A stretch of 64,000 bases of DNA from an uncultured bacterium. Its GTDB lineage: Bacteria > Oederibacteriota > JAAXVQ01 > JAUVAV01. Under the pieces are notes generated by a model that worked only from the letters and a program-made list of their open reading frames with translations, was not told where the DNA came from and searched no databases. This document shows, in pieces, positions 37,801-45,680 of this stretch (positions are counted from its first letter, which is position 1; each line of letters opens with the position of its first letter). Where the stretch lies: contig CAVQBK010000003.1 of the NCBI GenBank assembly GCA_963710755.1, positions 384,001 to 448,000 on the forward strand, written 5' to 3'. The position numbers and the translations under genes were made by a program.

Positions 37801-39666
37801 CCCGGCTGCTTTGAGCCGAAAAGAGGATTACATCGGGAAATGCCGTTGGTTCATGCCATGGAGGGAGATGTTTTTTTTATACAAATCTTTGATGAGCGCA
37901 ATCGTCAGGTCTCCAACGCAGTGATGGTGACCACACCGGAAGGTGCACACGTCTTTGGCGGATATAATGGCACCAATTATGATTTGGAAAAGGCCTATGG
38001 AAAGGCTATTTTAAAAGCAACGGCTTTGATTCCAAGGTTCATCTTGAATCCCACTTCCGCAGGATACCATTATTTTCATGAAAACAAAGTAGGAAAAGAA
38101 TTGAAAGAACCAGTGACACTGGTCAAATCATTTCCCCTGTTTATGGGCCAGTATTTTGATTACGGTAAGGTTTATGATGGTCAATTGAAATTGGAAATTT
38201 CAATTGGACTGGAAGTAACCAAGGCGGATGCTCAGCAATTTAATTCAACCTCAGAAGGGAATACCCAGGTCTTGGCTGCGTTGCTGGCGCCGGGCATTCT
38301 GTTTAGCGGCCAGCAGGTTGACTGGCAGGACGCCGGGCTGATCGTGGCCGTGGGGCTCGGTTTGTTTTGGTTGTTCAAGTGGTTATTCCGACAGCCATGG
38401 GTGAAAAATGGGCTTGACCAAATGGCCGATCAGTTAAAAAACCTCAATGCAGTACGCTTAACCATGCCTGTCAAAATCAAATCGTCCAAACGGTCCTCGG
38501 ACGAGGAACATGCTAAAGAACAGCAATGGCGCAAGGTGGTGCTGTCCTTGCTGGTTTTCGGGGTGCTAGGCATCATTAGCCTGATCCTGATGCATCTCCA
38601 TCCCGGTGAGGGGTCGTTAAACCTCCTGAGAACTCATCACCTTGGCAACAACCAAAACTTAGGGACGGTTTTAAGCCTGCCCCTGGGGTTTGCCATGATA
38701 AAAAATAAAAGGGCCTTAGATAAAAGAGAAGCTCTTTACGGCACTTCGCTTACTGAGCCTGCTCAACCGCTGTTGCAACTCATCCGCCTGCCCCGGGTCA
38801 TTTATATGGCGCTGTTGTGGAGCCTGTTTTGGTTAATGGAACTCATGCGGCCCTCTTCCGGGAAGAAAGCCATAACACCCCAAGCCTGGGCGCAATGGCA
38901 AACGATGAAACAGCGTTATTTCCCGGCCGGCACGCTGGATGCGGCCAGTTTTAACCTCCGTCAGCTTTCCAGTAGCGTGTATACAGGGCATGGTGCACAG
39001 GCCTGTTTAGGTCAGTATGAGGAATCCACCGATCATTCCGGGTTGGCGCAGCTTAATCTTCATCCCGCCATCCTTGAAGCCTTGCCATTACCGGCCGCAC
39101 CGACCCTGCGGGCGGTGTGGCAGCATCGTCTGGCCCAGGCCTTGGCGCGCCATATTCTTTATTACCGCAGTGCCGAGTATCACGAGTTGACTTTAAGCCA
39201 GCAATGGCGGTTTACGATGAGTCAATGGTGGGGAAGGGTCGATCGCGCGGCTTATGCTCAAAAAATGGAAAGCGGCCGGACAGGTATGGGTAACCTGTTA
39301 ACCAGGCCCGAAAACCGCCTCTGGTTTTTGACTGCCGGGAAACAACAGCAGGTTCAACTGTTGAGAGCAGCGGTTCAATGGCTGGAAAGCAACCCCATGG
39401 ATCCACATAATCTGGATGTTCTGATTCAGGTGATGAACCGGTTACCGGCAAGCAGCCGTCTGTATCTGGGTGATTGGGCAAGGAACCAAAGCCCCCTTGG
39501 GGACAGAGCGGTTGTTCGTGTTTATATTCCCAAAATCATTGAGCAAGAACATTTGCCCATGATGAGGCGGCTGATGCACCTGCTTAAGTCCAGTGGCCGG
39601 TTTGATCAGCGCCGGCCTAGGCGGCGGCCGCGGCAACGCTTACAGCAGATGGCTCAGGCGGCCTGA
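28774..39666 (+). CDS. giant multidomain membrane protein, C-terminal part (TM modules, WD40-like propeller, degenerate AAA-like and GNAT-like regions)
   Basis: 3630-codon open frame; SPYG, WSPK, FSPDG blade motifs; repeated TM modules; TTG start without a clear RBS. Confidence 0.85.
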   Translation: MRSMLQKFLPLIMLNLRQPEDLAVTKQIYPELMDHNRHAVGTYGMAGFLRKLTILLASLLRANQQELISDGGWKFLTEEYVPRFGFNSNTWLIQMAFDLYRVQTVKDESLQIYHPEQMGLSAAGRAGLNQLAAMYQADRQELYSRRQIDPKKISSPLYCAMAAYETGFSTATWGHGSHYHLDFKNYVSKHMQQDHLTRGLAVTLGQQYPLSRKGNDAFDKDSQKKGVLHASFSRYWLPLAADLGNACYSWIIYFEDKKSVLGTVVYTEGEGREEHFSGSTLILENRIKGKKTWILRAVNPSTELCETYHDQDIFRAVLDYTVKLAEKYNLENPGEAVEVLVAPFDKSLPESFSRRPAMVKTLQQWFGTARDVTLDQKEKFNKMDITNSCRVIAERGQDGHFIYSQEAFNRQGIKHSAATMTATKVLRSHALAGPAAWLVRHWGAWGIALVEEFGLGTGNSQINKDKFAQLRAQVLTPWQALQRGRWLPAVMVGLTYAFWMQLDFGVYILVPLAIVMAGWPAKGQWAFVTGHDQGTRQQWAARIMAMLFFNLISLSLSTTLLTILLSFNPGGIPFVLMAVFASSMAGTLTATMGHIKWNSRASIKNLITKAGRLNWRTLLLWSSTVLIILLVATMVLPYNGMDQAMLLKPGNMGGQSLWGGMLPAGPGMSAMPPTAEEFLVMSLLQAGVAGLFFAVISYFLFKWLDRNEDPQKKGEIDESLKKTLINEVTRIAKQYRGQEVAIVPFLQGFMKRNYKNTMATPEQLLSVQDQLIKEHIITSKSASIQQLGTGEQDEQQAARLEKRVQGWLFLFLLVLFFHITVDYNPPLLILSTMYHMSIAMLYLGLLAAFVYDDARQAVLRNEFNGWHELFISGVSYLMGRRSAGTRAALMSAVDDQSLPVKTGKNNNSTWQRWWPWLLIGGAGMLGLWIWLSQDSSAGQALGLAPLGDQPKGWLGLAAGLAMVAGMIVAAGLSLFWLIKWLSQRPWWQDWLQRLGSSLHALTEHMLPKPAKNDSSQKSREVEQTREKQRRQRVMLWIGFGLLIVIILMSLNLNSGEGPLNLSMLKPLVNDKILTARLGLPVGIGALAVGAAKTLSSPPGLSEDQIRIQRQVMETVWMPSLSARGSAAENAPKHAARSVQEQAYGDLIDRLAEKDLVTMAGGQAAFVALVNLFTPAQIDQALKSGTIESLTEYIDYYAGKRFAQLESKTYYSLPFTEIPNQLNQGQWLILVHNKPHTTRIGREETWEDFASAPLKSGSGAVFHYTFVPPRVFTDKGLYEFTYYFSDEQRWEHNLWEPNHKVNVYQSEDPVSMNIEDVAPVIKKEKPNSDVLVDEILGNLHPAEVKHSIKSALNGHSPDEQLAILNIMLGLGNGNPETEELSSALHRVWSKYYGQEQEVARPVITSINLPPDFESVKKVIYSPYGHMLMLYKSSDYSVTGKLAIYPYDEQGLKDHYLIYPMGKTITDIALSNDHDWLAISSIANGNNNKYSLSLAPFLKEQGGVYAAAKVIDESADDILGMAWSPKEPLLAVGQKGKGQFYKQVNQRWITMDGPVRQEATFGFKFPQWSLQGDKVLFCNDDKNDFGPVAVLWYLNDDHPFGSSDHTALLLEPKHTIDKYTQFRFSPDGVYLAAMQNSIIGKPALYIWSIGRQRGAIQGQGKALQNEIKARGYECQHDLLDLRWTIDNALVVIGIRYPKLFSRTKTSVFAAQAVIWQWDDQGEEGLSTYPLATVIGDWEKEILGKIMPNGRIIMLNRSHMVAGSSKWTSFDSGYHVTYQIPNITYSEWKKVSALPSGKAFWLTGEFRQAQPSWFKRRLISLSLPEEMPVNEQSEKAAVPASVKTINDLKLAQGLNQVVLVTDNAIGTALDAVMDVYHEDEQSPQLINLGPADSIEGWSGWDEIKRTYRDDAVELPLWRALQRKQPIIIRLNRGVKQNVVEDLLQTIIPYLIKQKRFHSMVVIAPPEVMSAVATTIENIHAWIRGAASPEQRRAVTTMPEVWSYYPMVHAAPGSLAEQQERLLRLVDELEIPQDHPARSMVEALTTIARLSAAYAADHSSGQELEMVPYEALAQTLIYLNRYPGEYRHVVDLVRQYTGKNAPQADGFWKTCKQSVPALGMDEKYIEPRDFNPNNLPLIGAITEPVAHLHRLWQLGRSAILVNHNTMDLAGVIADYYRQTLEEPLWIDGAGIKKGEEIKEVDQLTAAYDQFRPVIINHIHQMDPYILTHVHYLMTLSSQAYGEEGFRPGFQIVGIDEANSAYAPSTGTAVIPVEEMDDADLKALIQSAAPHLKTAQVKDILNLFNRPVYQRERKKTTLFPGLKLLQLLAEIADWPEPMANFVIGHSNSILELIAQLEKFEALKLKFSFKNYWDYPDLGEQLLKGCQDNSQLYNSLRSLQLGLSYYTLDQIAAYVEKMHDVPLPLLKESGSEQSIFTDLPGIREQSERAAMLNEVFPTLKRASRHHPPLYSFILNMYLEKKRPEEQQQMLAAMKNEQWLTTVELLAKAIALTNKQWRDVFNHYINAYLDGQATHVTAVVKAFSRQAVLILNSGLLSGLDAQAWQYTFDALLYWQAEHPDNLKVLLNIIDVDENENVVFKSFDQKSKQGWINLAREIINSRITSYVNILEDCLFTAESLNPYYRPFPQTIWSGYLDLRSRMAVAELYAEIAMADEYLKAQWARPATEEESEQVEETGQHEETGEETFYQLVGELNNLLKAIKDQATTASRRRKLIEAMAEKQNMVRKLFLHTLLNAHNGEYSQALDKLDPGMKKRVMTIAILLETLDNGSEVSEYGEAGWVRLMNKHVFKIIFDHLMTDEQDALRKGLDAAQRFLLDFDRAAMQEELKKLDELEAQLGKKGTGYQTDDLSEHKANKETIVALVAAGYDERLWTEGIELKVGIDQALSEEQKVQRILSMSHELAEWAIELGMTTFNGKPFDLSRAHELIDLKTCKALVNELGAQVPVISEDIDARINDILDHISNTEKKEAEVVAKQQFRVVIKKDFIREATAGIGVPGCFEPKRGLHREMPLVHAMEGDVFFIQIFDERNRQVSNAVMVTTPEGAHVFGGYNGTNYDLEKAYGKAILKATALIPRFILNPTSAGYHYFHENKVGKELKEPVTLVKSFPLFMGQYFDYGKVYDGQLKLEISIGLEVTKADAQQFNSTSEGNTQVLAALLAPGILFSGQQVDWQDAGLIVAVGLGLFWLFKWLFRQPWVKNGLDQMADQLKNLNAVRLTMPVKIKSSKRSSDEEHAKEQQWRKVVLSLLVFGVLGIISLILMHLHPGEGSLNLLRTHHLGNNQNLGTVLSLPLGFAMIKNKRALDKREALYGTSLTEPAQPLLQLIRLPRVIYMALLWSLFWLMELMRPSSGKKAITPQAWAQWQTMKQRYFPAGTLDAASFNLRQLSSSVYTGHGAQACLGQYEESTDHSGLAQLNLHPAILEALPLPAAPTLRAVWQHRLAQALARHILYYRSAEYHELTLSQQWRFTMSQWWGRVDRAAYAQKMESGRTGMGNLLTRPENRLWFLTAGKQQQVQLLRAAVQWLESNPMDPHNLDVLIQVMNRLPASSRLYLGDWARNQSPLGDRAVVRVYIPKIIEQEHLPMMRRLMHLLKSSGRFDQRRPRRRPRQRLQQMAQAA

Positions 39667-39677
39667 GGGAACAGGGG

Positions 39678-40364
39678 TTAGCGCGCTTTTTCAGCCAGCA
39701 TAATAATGTCCATGGCCCAATTGGGCCAGAGCTCGCCGGACACGGCCAGCCAGGGTTGACGTACATCATCCATCCAGGCCTGGGGCAAAAAAGGAATCCA
39801 ATTACCGGTGTGCTTAACCACCCGCAGCCCATGGGCTTGCAACTGGCGTTTTAAAATAGCGGGCGTATAGGCGCGCACATGACCGCAATTGGAGAGGTTG
39901 TAATCAAGCCAGCGGGGATAGCGTCCCAGCAGCAGACGCAGCCGGTTTTCAAAGGAAGCCAGATTGGGCGTGGTCAGAAGCAGCCGGCCGCCGGGCTTGA
40001 GCACGCGCTGCAGCTCCTGCAAAAAGCTGTCCGTGTCCACCAGATGTTCAATCACCTCACCTGCGAACACCAAATCAAAGGTCTCAGCCGCATAGGGTAC
40101 CGGGTCCTTGGCCAGATCGCAGACTTTGGCCTCCAGGCCCAGGGCTTGAGCCTGGGCCACAGCCCGGCCATTGATATCCATGCCTGACACTCGCCAACCT
40201 TGGTTCTGCCAATAAGTCATCCAAGTGCCCTCAGCGCAGCCTGCATCCAGCATATGGCCGGGTGTCAGACGACGTATAAGAGCCGCGCATTTTTTCAAAC
40301 GCGATTCTCGAAATTCAATGGGAAATGCGCGCTGGGCATTGTATTCGCCTACACTTTTAGCCAT
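39678..40364 (-). CDS. class I SAM-dependent methyltransferase
   Basis: LDAGCAEG, FDLVFAGEVIEHL, VLKPGGRLLLTTPN. Confidence 0.9.
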   Translation of the reverse strand: MAKSVGEYNAQRAFPIEFRESRLKKCAALIRRLTPGHMLDAGCAEGTWMTYWQNQGWRVSGMDINGRAVAQAQALGLEAKVCDLAKDPVPYAAETFDLVFAGEVIEHLVDTDSFLQELQRVLKPGGRLLLTTPNLASFENRLRLLLGRYPRWLDYNLSNCGHVRAYTPAILKRQLQAHGLRVVKHTGNWIPFLPQAWMDDVRQPWLAVSGELWPNWAMDIIMLAEKAR

Positions 40365-40492
40365 GATGTTTCCTTAGGATTCGAGATCCTCCACCATTAA
40401 CATAAGCCTGCCGCGCCGTCAATCATATCCACACTCGGTTATCCATAACATCCGACGATGTTAACTATATACTGGTAAAAAACAAAGGCACC

Positions 40493-40622
40493 TATCCGCA
40501 GATGACGCAGATTGCGCGGATTAAGAAAAAATCTTTTGGATGAGCTGCGCTCATTAAAAACATTGTTTAGATTCATGATTTTTTAAGAGTTTAATCTGGG
40601 CAATCTGCGTCATCTGCGGATA
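40493..40622. repeat. palindromic MITE/REP-like element, copy 2
   Basis: TATCCGCAGATGACGCAGATT ... AATCTGCGTCATCTGCGGATA perfect 21-bp arms; same orientation as 25280..25402. Confidence 0.85.
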
Positions 40623-40825
40623 AAATTTTTTTAATAATCAAAAGAGCGAAGACCGCCATCAATAAATTATACCTTACACTGCTGGCGCAGGTGGAAAGAA
40701 GTCCCTTTTTAGAGGATAATCTTTCTTGCTAAATCAGCACTTTATCCTTTATGGTAGAGTTATTTCCCCATACGCGTTGACGCAAAAAAAGAAGCCGTTC
40801 AATTTAACCAAGGAGGAATACTGCC

Positions 40826-41419
40826 ATGCCAGACGCCGTTGATTATCCCGTTAATTTAACCGTTGATTATCCAGACCGTGCTTTGAACAAAGTGTCCACC
40901 TTTTTTCGCGTCATTCTCATCATCCCCATTGGCATCATTTTGGCGCTGTTATGGAATGGCCGGGCCAGCATAATGGGCTTGGTGGTATTACCAACGATTT
41001 TAATGTTACTATTCCGGCATAAGTATCCCAAATGGTGGTTTGATTGGAATTATGCCTTGACGCGGTTCTGCTATCAGGTCATGGCCTACCTCTTTGTCAT
41101 GGATGACCGTTATCCATCTACGGATGAAGAACAATCGGTGCACGTGCAGCTTCCTTATCCCCAGGTGCAAACAGAACTCCATCCCGGCTTGCCATTGATC
41201 AAATGGTTGCTGGCCTTTCCCCATTATGTGGTACTGGTTATTTTAGGTATTTATGGATTAATATTGGTGATGATTGCGTGGTTTGCCGTTTTGTTTACCG
41301 GCCGTTATCCCAAAGGCATGTTTGACTTTATTGAAGGGCTCATGCGCTGGGAATTGCGGGTAATGGCTTATGCTATTTTAATGACCACCGATAAGTATCC
41401 GCCTTTTTCTTTGAAATAA
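40826..41419 (+). CDS. DUF4389 membrane protein
   Basis: Duplicated KYPKWWFDWN / RYPKGMFDF...TDKYPPFSL motifs; AGGAGG RBS. Confidence 0.88.
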   Translation: MPDAVDYPVNLTVDYPDRALNKVSTFFRVILIIPIGIILALLWNGRASIMGLVVLPTILMLLFRHKYPKWWFDWNYALTRFCYQVMAYLFVMDDRYPSTDEEQSVHVQLPYPQVQTELHPGLPLIKWLLAFPHYVVLVILGIYGLILVMIAWFAVLFTGRYPKGMFDFIEGLMRWELRVMAYAILMTTDKYPPFSLK

Positions 41420-41599
41420 ACAGAGGACCGCTGGAGGAAGTCATTTAACCTTACCACGGCAAGGACGATACTTAGATTAAGGGTTTGCGCCCATCCCGGC
41501 GAACTGGTCGAGCAGGCCCGATCTGCCGGGGAGGCATGGGGTCTATTAATTTATTCTAAAAAAACAGATTAAGATTTTTGGCAGGAAAGGTATTACGCA

Positions 41600-41881
41600 A
41601 TGATGCACAGGCTGATGACATGGTTAAAAAATAAATATATATTGGCGTTGATTCTTTTTGTTATTTTGTCGGCCTTCCTGCATCTGCTCTCTGTATTGAT
41701 CTACGTTGTGAAGACCATGGATTTCGGCAAAATTAATTACTTCAAAATTTTGCAAATGGATTTATTATTTCCCACGCTTACCACAGGATCAGCCGGGTAT
41801 ATCCTGTCGTTGGGGATTGTCATTTTCGGGTATGTAGCGATTCTGCTGCTGCTCCATAGCCGCGAAAAAGTTCAGTCCTGA
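41600..41881 (+). CDS. small 2-TM hypothetical protein
   Basis: 93-aa ORF with two hydrophobic helices and an upstream GGAAAGG. Confidence 0.55.
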   Translation: MMHRLMTWLKNKYILALILFVILSAFLHLLSVLIYVVKTMDFGKINYFKILQMDLLFPTLTTGSAGYILSLGIVIFGYVAILLLLHSREKVQS

Positions 41882-42759
41882 GGCGGTTCCAGAGCCTCCC
41901 CGGGGTCCATGGCAGCAGCACTACCGTTCAAATCCATTTCCTTTAGCACCATAATGCCTTCTTCCTTTACCGGTGACCGGTGACTCCAACTGAGGCCCAA
42001 CGTAAGGGCCCGTCCTTCCTGTCGGGTGGGTTTGAGCAGGCAACTGCCGGCAATGAGGTGTTCCCGGCGGGTGAGGTATTGATAATGGCCCTGAATAGAG
42101 CCGTCCCTGGCAGCCAGCCCCAGCATTTGTCCGTAAGCAATCAGTCCGCCTTTAAAAGAGACCCAGACCCGGTTACCGGTCTGTTGAAAATGGTAGAGAA
42201 TAGCGTCTTCCGCCAGGCCCAAGCCCTGGTGGGAAAGAGGCCGGAACATTTTTTTATGATAGCTGATAAATCGCTGATCAGGCGCCAGCAGAGACTTGCT
42301 CATTTTAAAATAAACCAGGCGAACCTCATGATCCAGGGGAATAAAGGTTTCATGATCGATATGATAGCCCAAGCGCAGGTAAAACGCTTTGGCGCCTTTG
42401 CTGGCATCCAAGCAGACGCTGTTTTTGCCGTTCTTGAGGGCATGCTTTTCCAGATAAGCCATGACCTGTTGGCCCAATCCTTGTCGTTGATAAGCCGGAT
42501 CAATAAAGACCCGCTTGATCAGGGAACCCACCAACGTTCCGGTGGCAATGATTTTCTTATGGTCCACCATGACTACGGTATGGCCATTGACCACGTCGCG
42601 TAATATTCGCTGAGGCGTATGCAGTTGTTTATGATAAGCCACGCCAACCGGCGGATAGCCGGAAGTGGTGTCAGCATCCAGCGTGCGGTGAATTAATTCC
42701 TTCACTTCCGCCAAGTCGTCCGGTTTAAAGAGGCGTATGGGAAAAGGCGTTTTAGTCAT
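41872..42759 (-). CDS. GNAT acetyltransferase fused to a small beta-rich domain
   Basis: VFIDPAYQRQGLGQ, AKAFYLRLGY; C-terminal FQQTGNRVWVSFKGGLIAYG domain. Confidence 0.8.
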   Translation of the reverse strand: MTKTPFPIRLFKPDDLAEVKELIHRTLDADTTSGYPPVGVAYHKQLHTPQRILRDVVNGHTVVMVDHKKIIATGTLVGSLIKRVFIDPAYQRQGLGQQVMAYLEKHALKNGKNSVCLDASKGAKAFYLRLGYHIDHETFIPLDHEVRLVYFKMSKSLLAPDQRFISYHKKMFRPLSHQGLGLAEDAILYHFQQTGNRVWVSFKGGLIAYGQMLGLAARDGSIQGHYQYLTRREHLIAGSCLLKPTRQEGRALTLGLSWSHRSPVKEEGIMVLKEMDLNGSAAAMDPGEALEPPQD

Positions 42760-42793
42760 CGCAAGTCCTCCTTGGCCTGTAGCGAGATAAGGG

Positions 42794-43684
42794 TCAAAGC
42801 ATCCAGCCAATGGCAATGAGCAGATCTGTGGCCAGCACCAGACCCACATTAGCGCCCTGTGCCGTCACCATGGCCTCAAACTGCTGGTAATTCAGCAGGG
42901 CTGTGCGGCAGGCTTTCCAGGCCAAGGGCAGGGTTAAAAGTCCCAACAAGACCGGCTTTGGAAAAAATTGAAAGATCGCGCCCAGCAGCAAAATAAAATA
43001 AGTGGTCACCAAAGCTGTGGTGTAGAGGATAGCGGCAATCTCTGGTCCTAGCAGGATAACCAGATGACGGCGTCCACCCTGAGCATCAGCTTGAGCATCA
43101 GGAAATTCATTGAGCAGCAGGAGCAGAGCCGTCAAAATGCCGGGGGGGATGGAAATCAGCAGTAGGGGCGCAGTAATGGTGCCGGTTTGGGCATAGTAGC
43201 CGCCAATGACCACTAAGCTGCCCAGACCAATACCTGCCGCCAATTCGCCCAAGGCTGCTTTGGTCAACACCTCGGTGTACAACATCACAATAAGTCCGCC
43301 GGAAACGATAATGGCCAGAAGCGGCCAGCCCACCTGCCAGGAAAGATAAACCCCGATGGCCAGCGCCACGGTCAGGATGGCCGCGGTGACCCATTTGACC
43401 TGCATCGCCGTGGTGCGGCCTGCCGGCAGATTGCCGCTGCCGCCGGAAAAGGGTGTGCGCCTGGTGTTATAGTCAATGCCCGTACGGTAATCGGATAACT
43501 CATTTAAAAGATTGACGCCCGCATGGGCCAGGATCACGCCAAACAAAGCCAGGGTAAAACGCCAGGGGTGAAACGCATGATCCCGCAGGGCCAGAGCTGC
43601 GCTGATGGCCATCAGCACCACCGGCAGCAGCAGAAAAGGGGCGCGAATCTGGGCAAGCCAGAGGGCAAAAGCATTGGCATTCAT
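42794..43684 (-). CDS. menA: MenA-like UbiA-family prenyltransferase
   Basis: NLLNELSDYRTGID, TPFSGGSG, NEFPDAQADAQGGRRHL. Confidence 0.8.
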   Translation of the reverse strand: MNANAFALWLAQIRAPFLLLPVVLMAISAALALRDHAFHPWRFTLALFGVILAHAGVNLLNELSDYRTGIDYNTRRTPFSGGSGNLPAGRTTAMQVKWVTAAILTVALAIGVYLSWQVGWPLLAIIVSGGLIVMLYTEVLTKAALGELAAGIGLGSLVVIGGYYAQTGTITAPLLLISIPPGILTALLLLLNEFPDAQADAQGGRRHLVILLGPEIAAILYTTALVTTYFILLLGAIFQFFPKPVLLGLLTLPLAWKACRTALLNYQQFEAMVTAQGANVGLVLATDLLIAIGWML

Positions 43685-43776
43685 ACAAAAAAGTCCTCAC
43701 CGTAAATTTGGCCAAGCATAGCATGGCTTATCGCAGGCTGTAAAGTGGTCAAATGCAAGGCAGAACCTTGGGAAGG

Positions 43777-44250
43777 TTACATCAAAAGGGCTGTGGTCTG
43801 GTTACGGTGTTTTTCCAGGAAGATCAGCACCAGATCGTGCGTGATTTTTTCCGCTTTGAACAGGCGGTATCCGCATTTTTGATAAAAATAAAGATGCCGT
43901 TTGTTGGTTAGGGCGGTCGTGAGTTCAAAACGGTGCGCTGAGGCCAAACGGGTTTCCAGGGCGTCCATCAAGGCGCAACCAATGCCCTGGTTGCGGTAGT
44001 CAAAATGAACCACCAAATCACTGATATAACAAGTCTCATCCTGAAGACAGCCGCTGATGGTGCCGATAATGATATTGTTTTCCACGGCTTTCAGGACTAC
44101 CTGCTGCATGCAGGCACGGCGAAGTTCCTCCAAGGTTGGTGTGGCATGGGGAATATGAGGGTTAAAGGGGAGTGCAGTTCCACGAGACGCCAAGGTATGG
44201 AGGGCAAGAATTTCGGCTGCGTCTTCAGGAGTTGCCTGTTTGATCACCAT
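43777..44250 (-). CDS. GNAT acetyltransferase
   Basis: LVVHFDYRNQGIG, FYQKCGY. Confidence 0.85.
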   Translation of the reverse strand: MVIKQATPEDAAEILALHTLASRGTALPFNPHIPHATPTLEELRRACMQQVVLKAVENNIIIGTISGCLQDETCYISDLVVHFDYRNQGIGCALMDALETRLASAHRFELTTALTNKRHLYFYQKCGYRLFKAEKITHDLVLIFLEKHRNQTTALLM

Positions 44251-44599
44251 GGCGGCCTCAAAGGGAAATAGATGGGTTAGTTATAGCGCACCTCCCAACC
44301 CTTGTCAAACTGAAACACTACCAAAATGTAATTTGTCAGCCATGGACCTGAAGAGGCCGATGAGTTAGGAAGCATTGGAACAGGAATAAAATAAACCAAC
44401 GTCAGATGCGCTCTATTCTTAATAGCTTGTCCCGCAGTTATAGACAGGATTGATTTTCGACGTTGGTAGCATCGTAATGTTTTTACGATCATGGCTTGCG
44501 GGCTAAGGCATTATTGACTATGATAAGACCCTTGCCCGGCGGGCCTAAAGGTGACTGTCCGGCAGAGCAGGACGTAATCAGGCAAAGGAGCGTGAACAC

Positions 44600-45658
44600 A
44601 TGGAGGTTGTGGTAATTACCGGCGTGGGGGGCTTGATCGGATCGGAGACAGCCCGGTTTTTTCATGAGCAAGGATTTTTTATCGTGGGCATTGACAATGA
44701 TATGCGCAAGTATTTTTTCGGGGAGGAAGCGTCAACCCTTTGGAATCAGAAAAAATTGGAAGAGGACCTGACCCGTTTCCGATGGGTCCAGGCCGATATT
44801 CGCGATCAAAAAAAAATGGAAGCCTTGTTTCAGGAGTATGGGCAGGATATCAAACTGGTGGTGCACACCGCCGCCCAGCCTTCTCATGATTGGGCAGCCA
44901 AGGAACCGCTGACGGATTTTACCATCAATGCCAACGGGACCCTGACGATTCTGGAACAGACCAGGCAGCATGCGCCCAAGGCGGTGTTTATTTTCACCTC
45001 CACCAACAAAGTCTACGGTGATACCCCCAACACCCTGCCCCTGGTGGAATTGGACCAGCGCTGGGAGGTACCGCAAGAGCATCCTTTTCACATCGGTATC
45101 AATGAAAGCATGAGCATCGACCAATCCAAACACAGTCTGTTCGGCGCTTCCAAAGTCGCAGCCGATGTGTTGGTCCAGGAGTACGGCCGCTATTTCGGCA
45201 TGCATACAGCTTGTTTCCGCGGCGGTTGTTTAACCGGGCCCCGTCATTCGGGTACCCAGCTGCACGGGTTTTTATCGTACCTCATGAAATGCGTCATGAA
45301 CGGGCGGCCCTACACGGTATTTGGCTACAAGGGTAAGCAAGTGCGCGACAATATTCACAGCACGGATTTGGTCAACATGTTCTGGCATTTTTATCAGGCC
45401 CCGCGCCAGGGTGAAGTGTACAACGCCGGAGGCAGCCGCCACTCCAATTGTTCCATGCTGGAAGCTATTAAGCTGTGCGAGGCTATCACCGGCAAGAGCT
45501 TGAACTATACCTACCAGGACGACAACCGCGTTGGCGATCATATCTGGTATATCAGTGATGTTTCCAAGTTCCAGGCCCACTACCCGGGCTGGTCCTACCA
45601 ATATAATATTGAGGGGATCTTAAAGGATATTTATCAGGTGCTGGTGGAGAAGGCTTAA
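44600..45658 (+). CDS. NAD-dependent sugar epimerase (CDP-paratose 2-epimerase-like)
   Basis: [41 protein letters not shown]. Confidence 0.88.
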   Translation: MEVVVITGVGGLIGSETARFFHEQGFFIVGIDNDMRKYFFGEEASTLWNQKKLEEDLTRFRWVQADIRDQKKMEALFQEYGQDIKLVVHTAAQPSHDWAAKEPLTDFTINANGTLTILEQTRQHAPKAVFIFTSTNKVYGDTPNTLPLVELDQRWEVPQEHPFHIGINESMSIDQSKHSLFGASKVAADVLVQEYGRYFGMHTACFRGGCLTGPRHSGTQLHGFLSYLMKCVMNGRPYTVFGYKGKQVRDNIHSTDLVNMFWHFYQAPRQGEVYNAGGSRHSNCSMLEAIKLCEAITGKSLNYTYQDDNRVGDHIWYISDVSKFQAHYPGWSYQYNIEGILKDIYQVLVEKA

Positions 45659-45680
45659 GGCCTTTGCCGGACAACCGGCT

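Noticed and set aside
44277-44492. 71-aa minus-strand CDS
   Set aside because: No recognisable motif or RBS; possibly an eroded fragment, not supportable.
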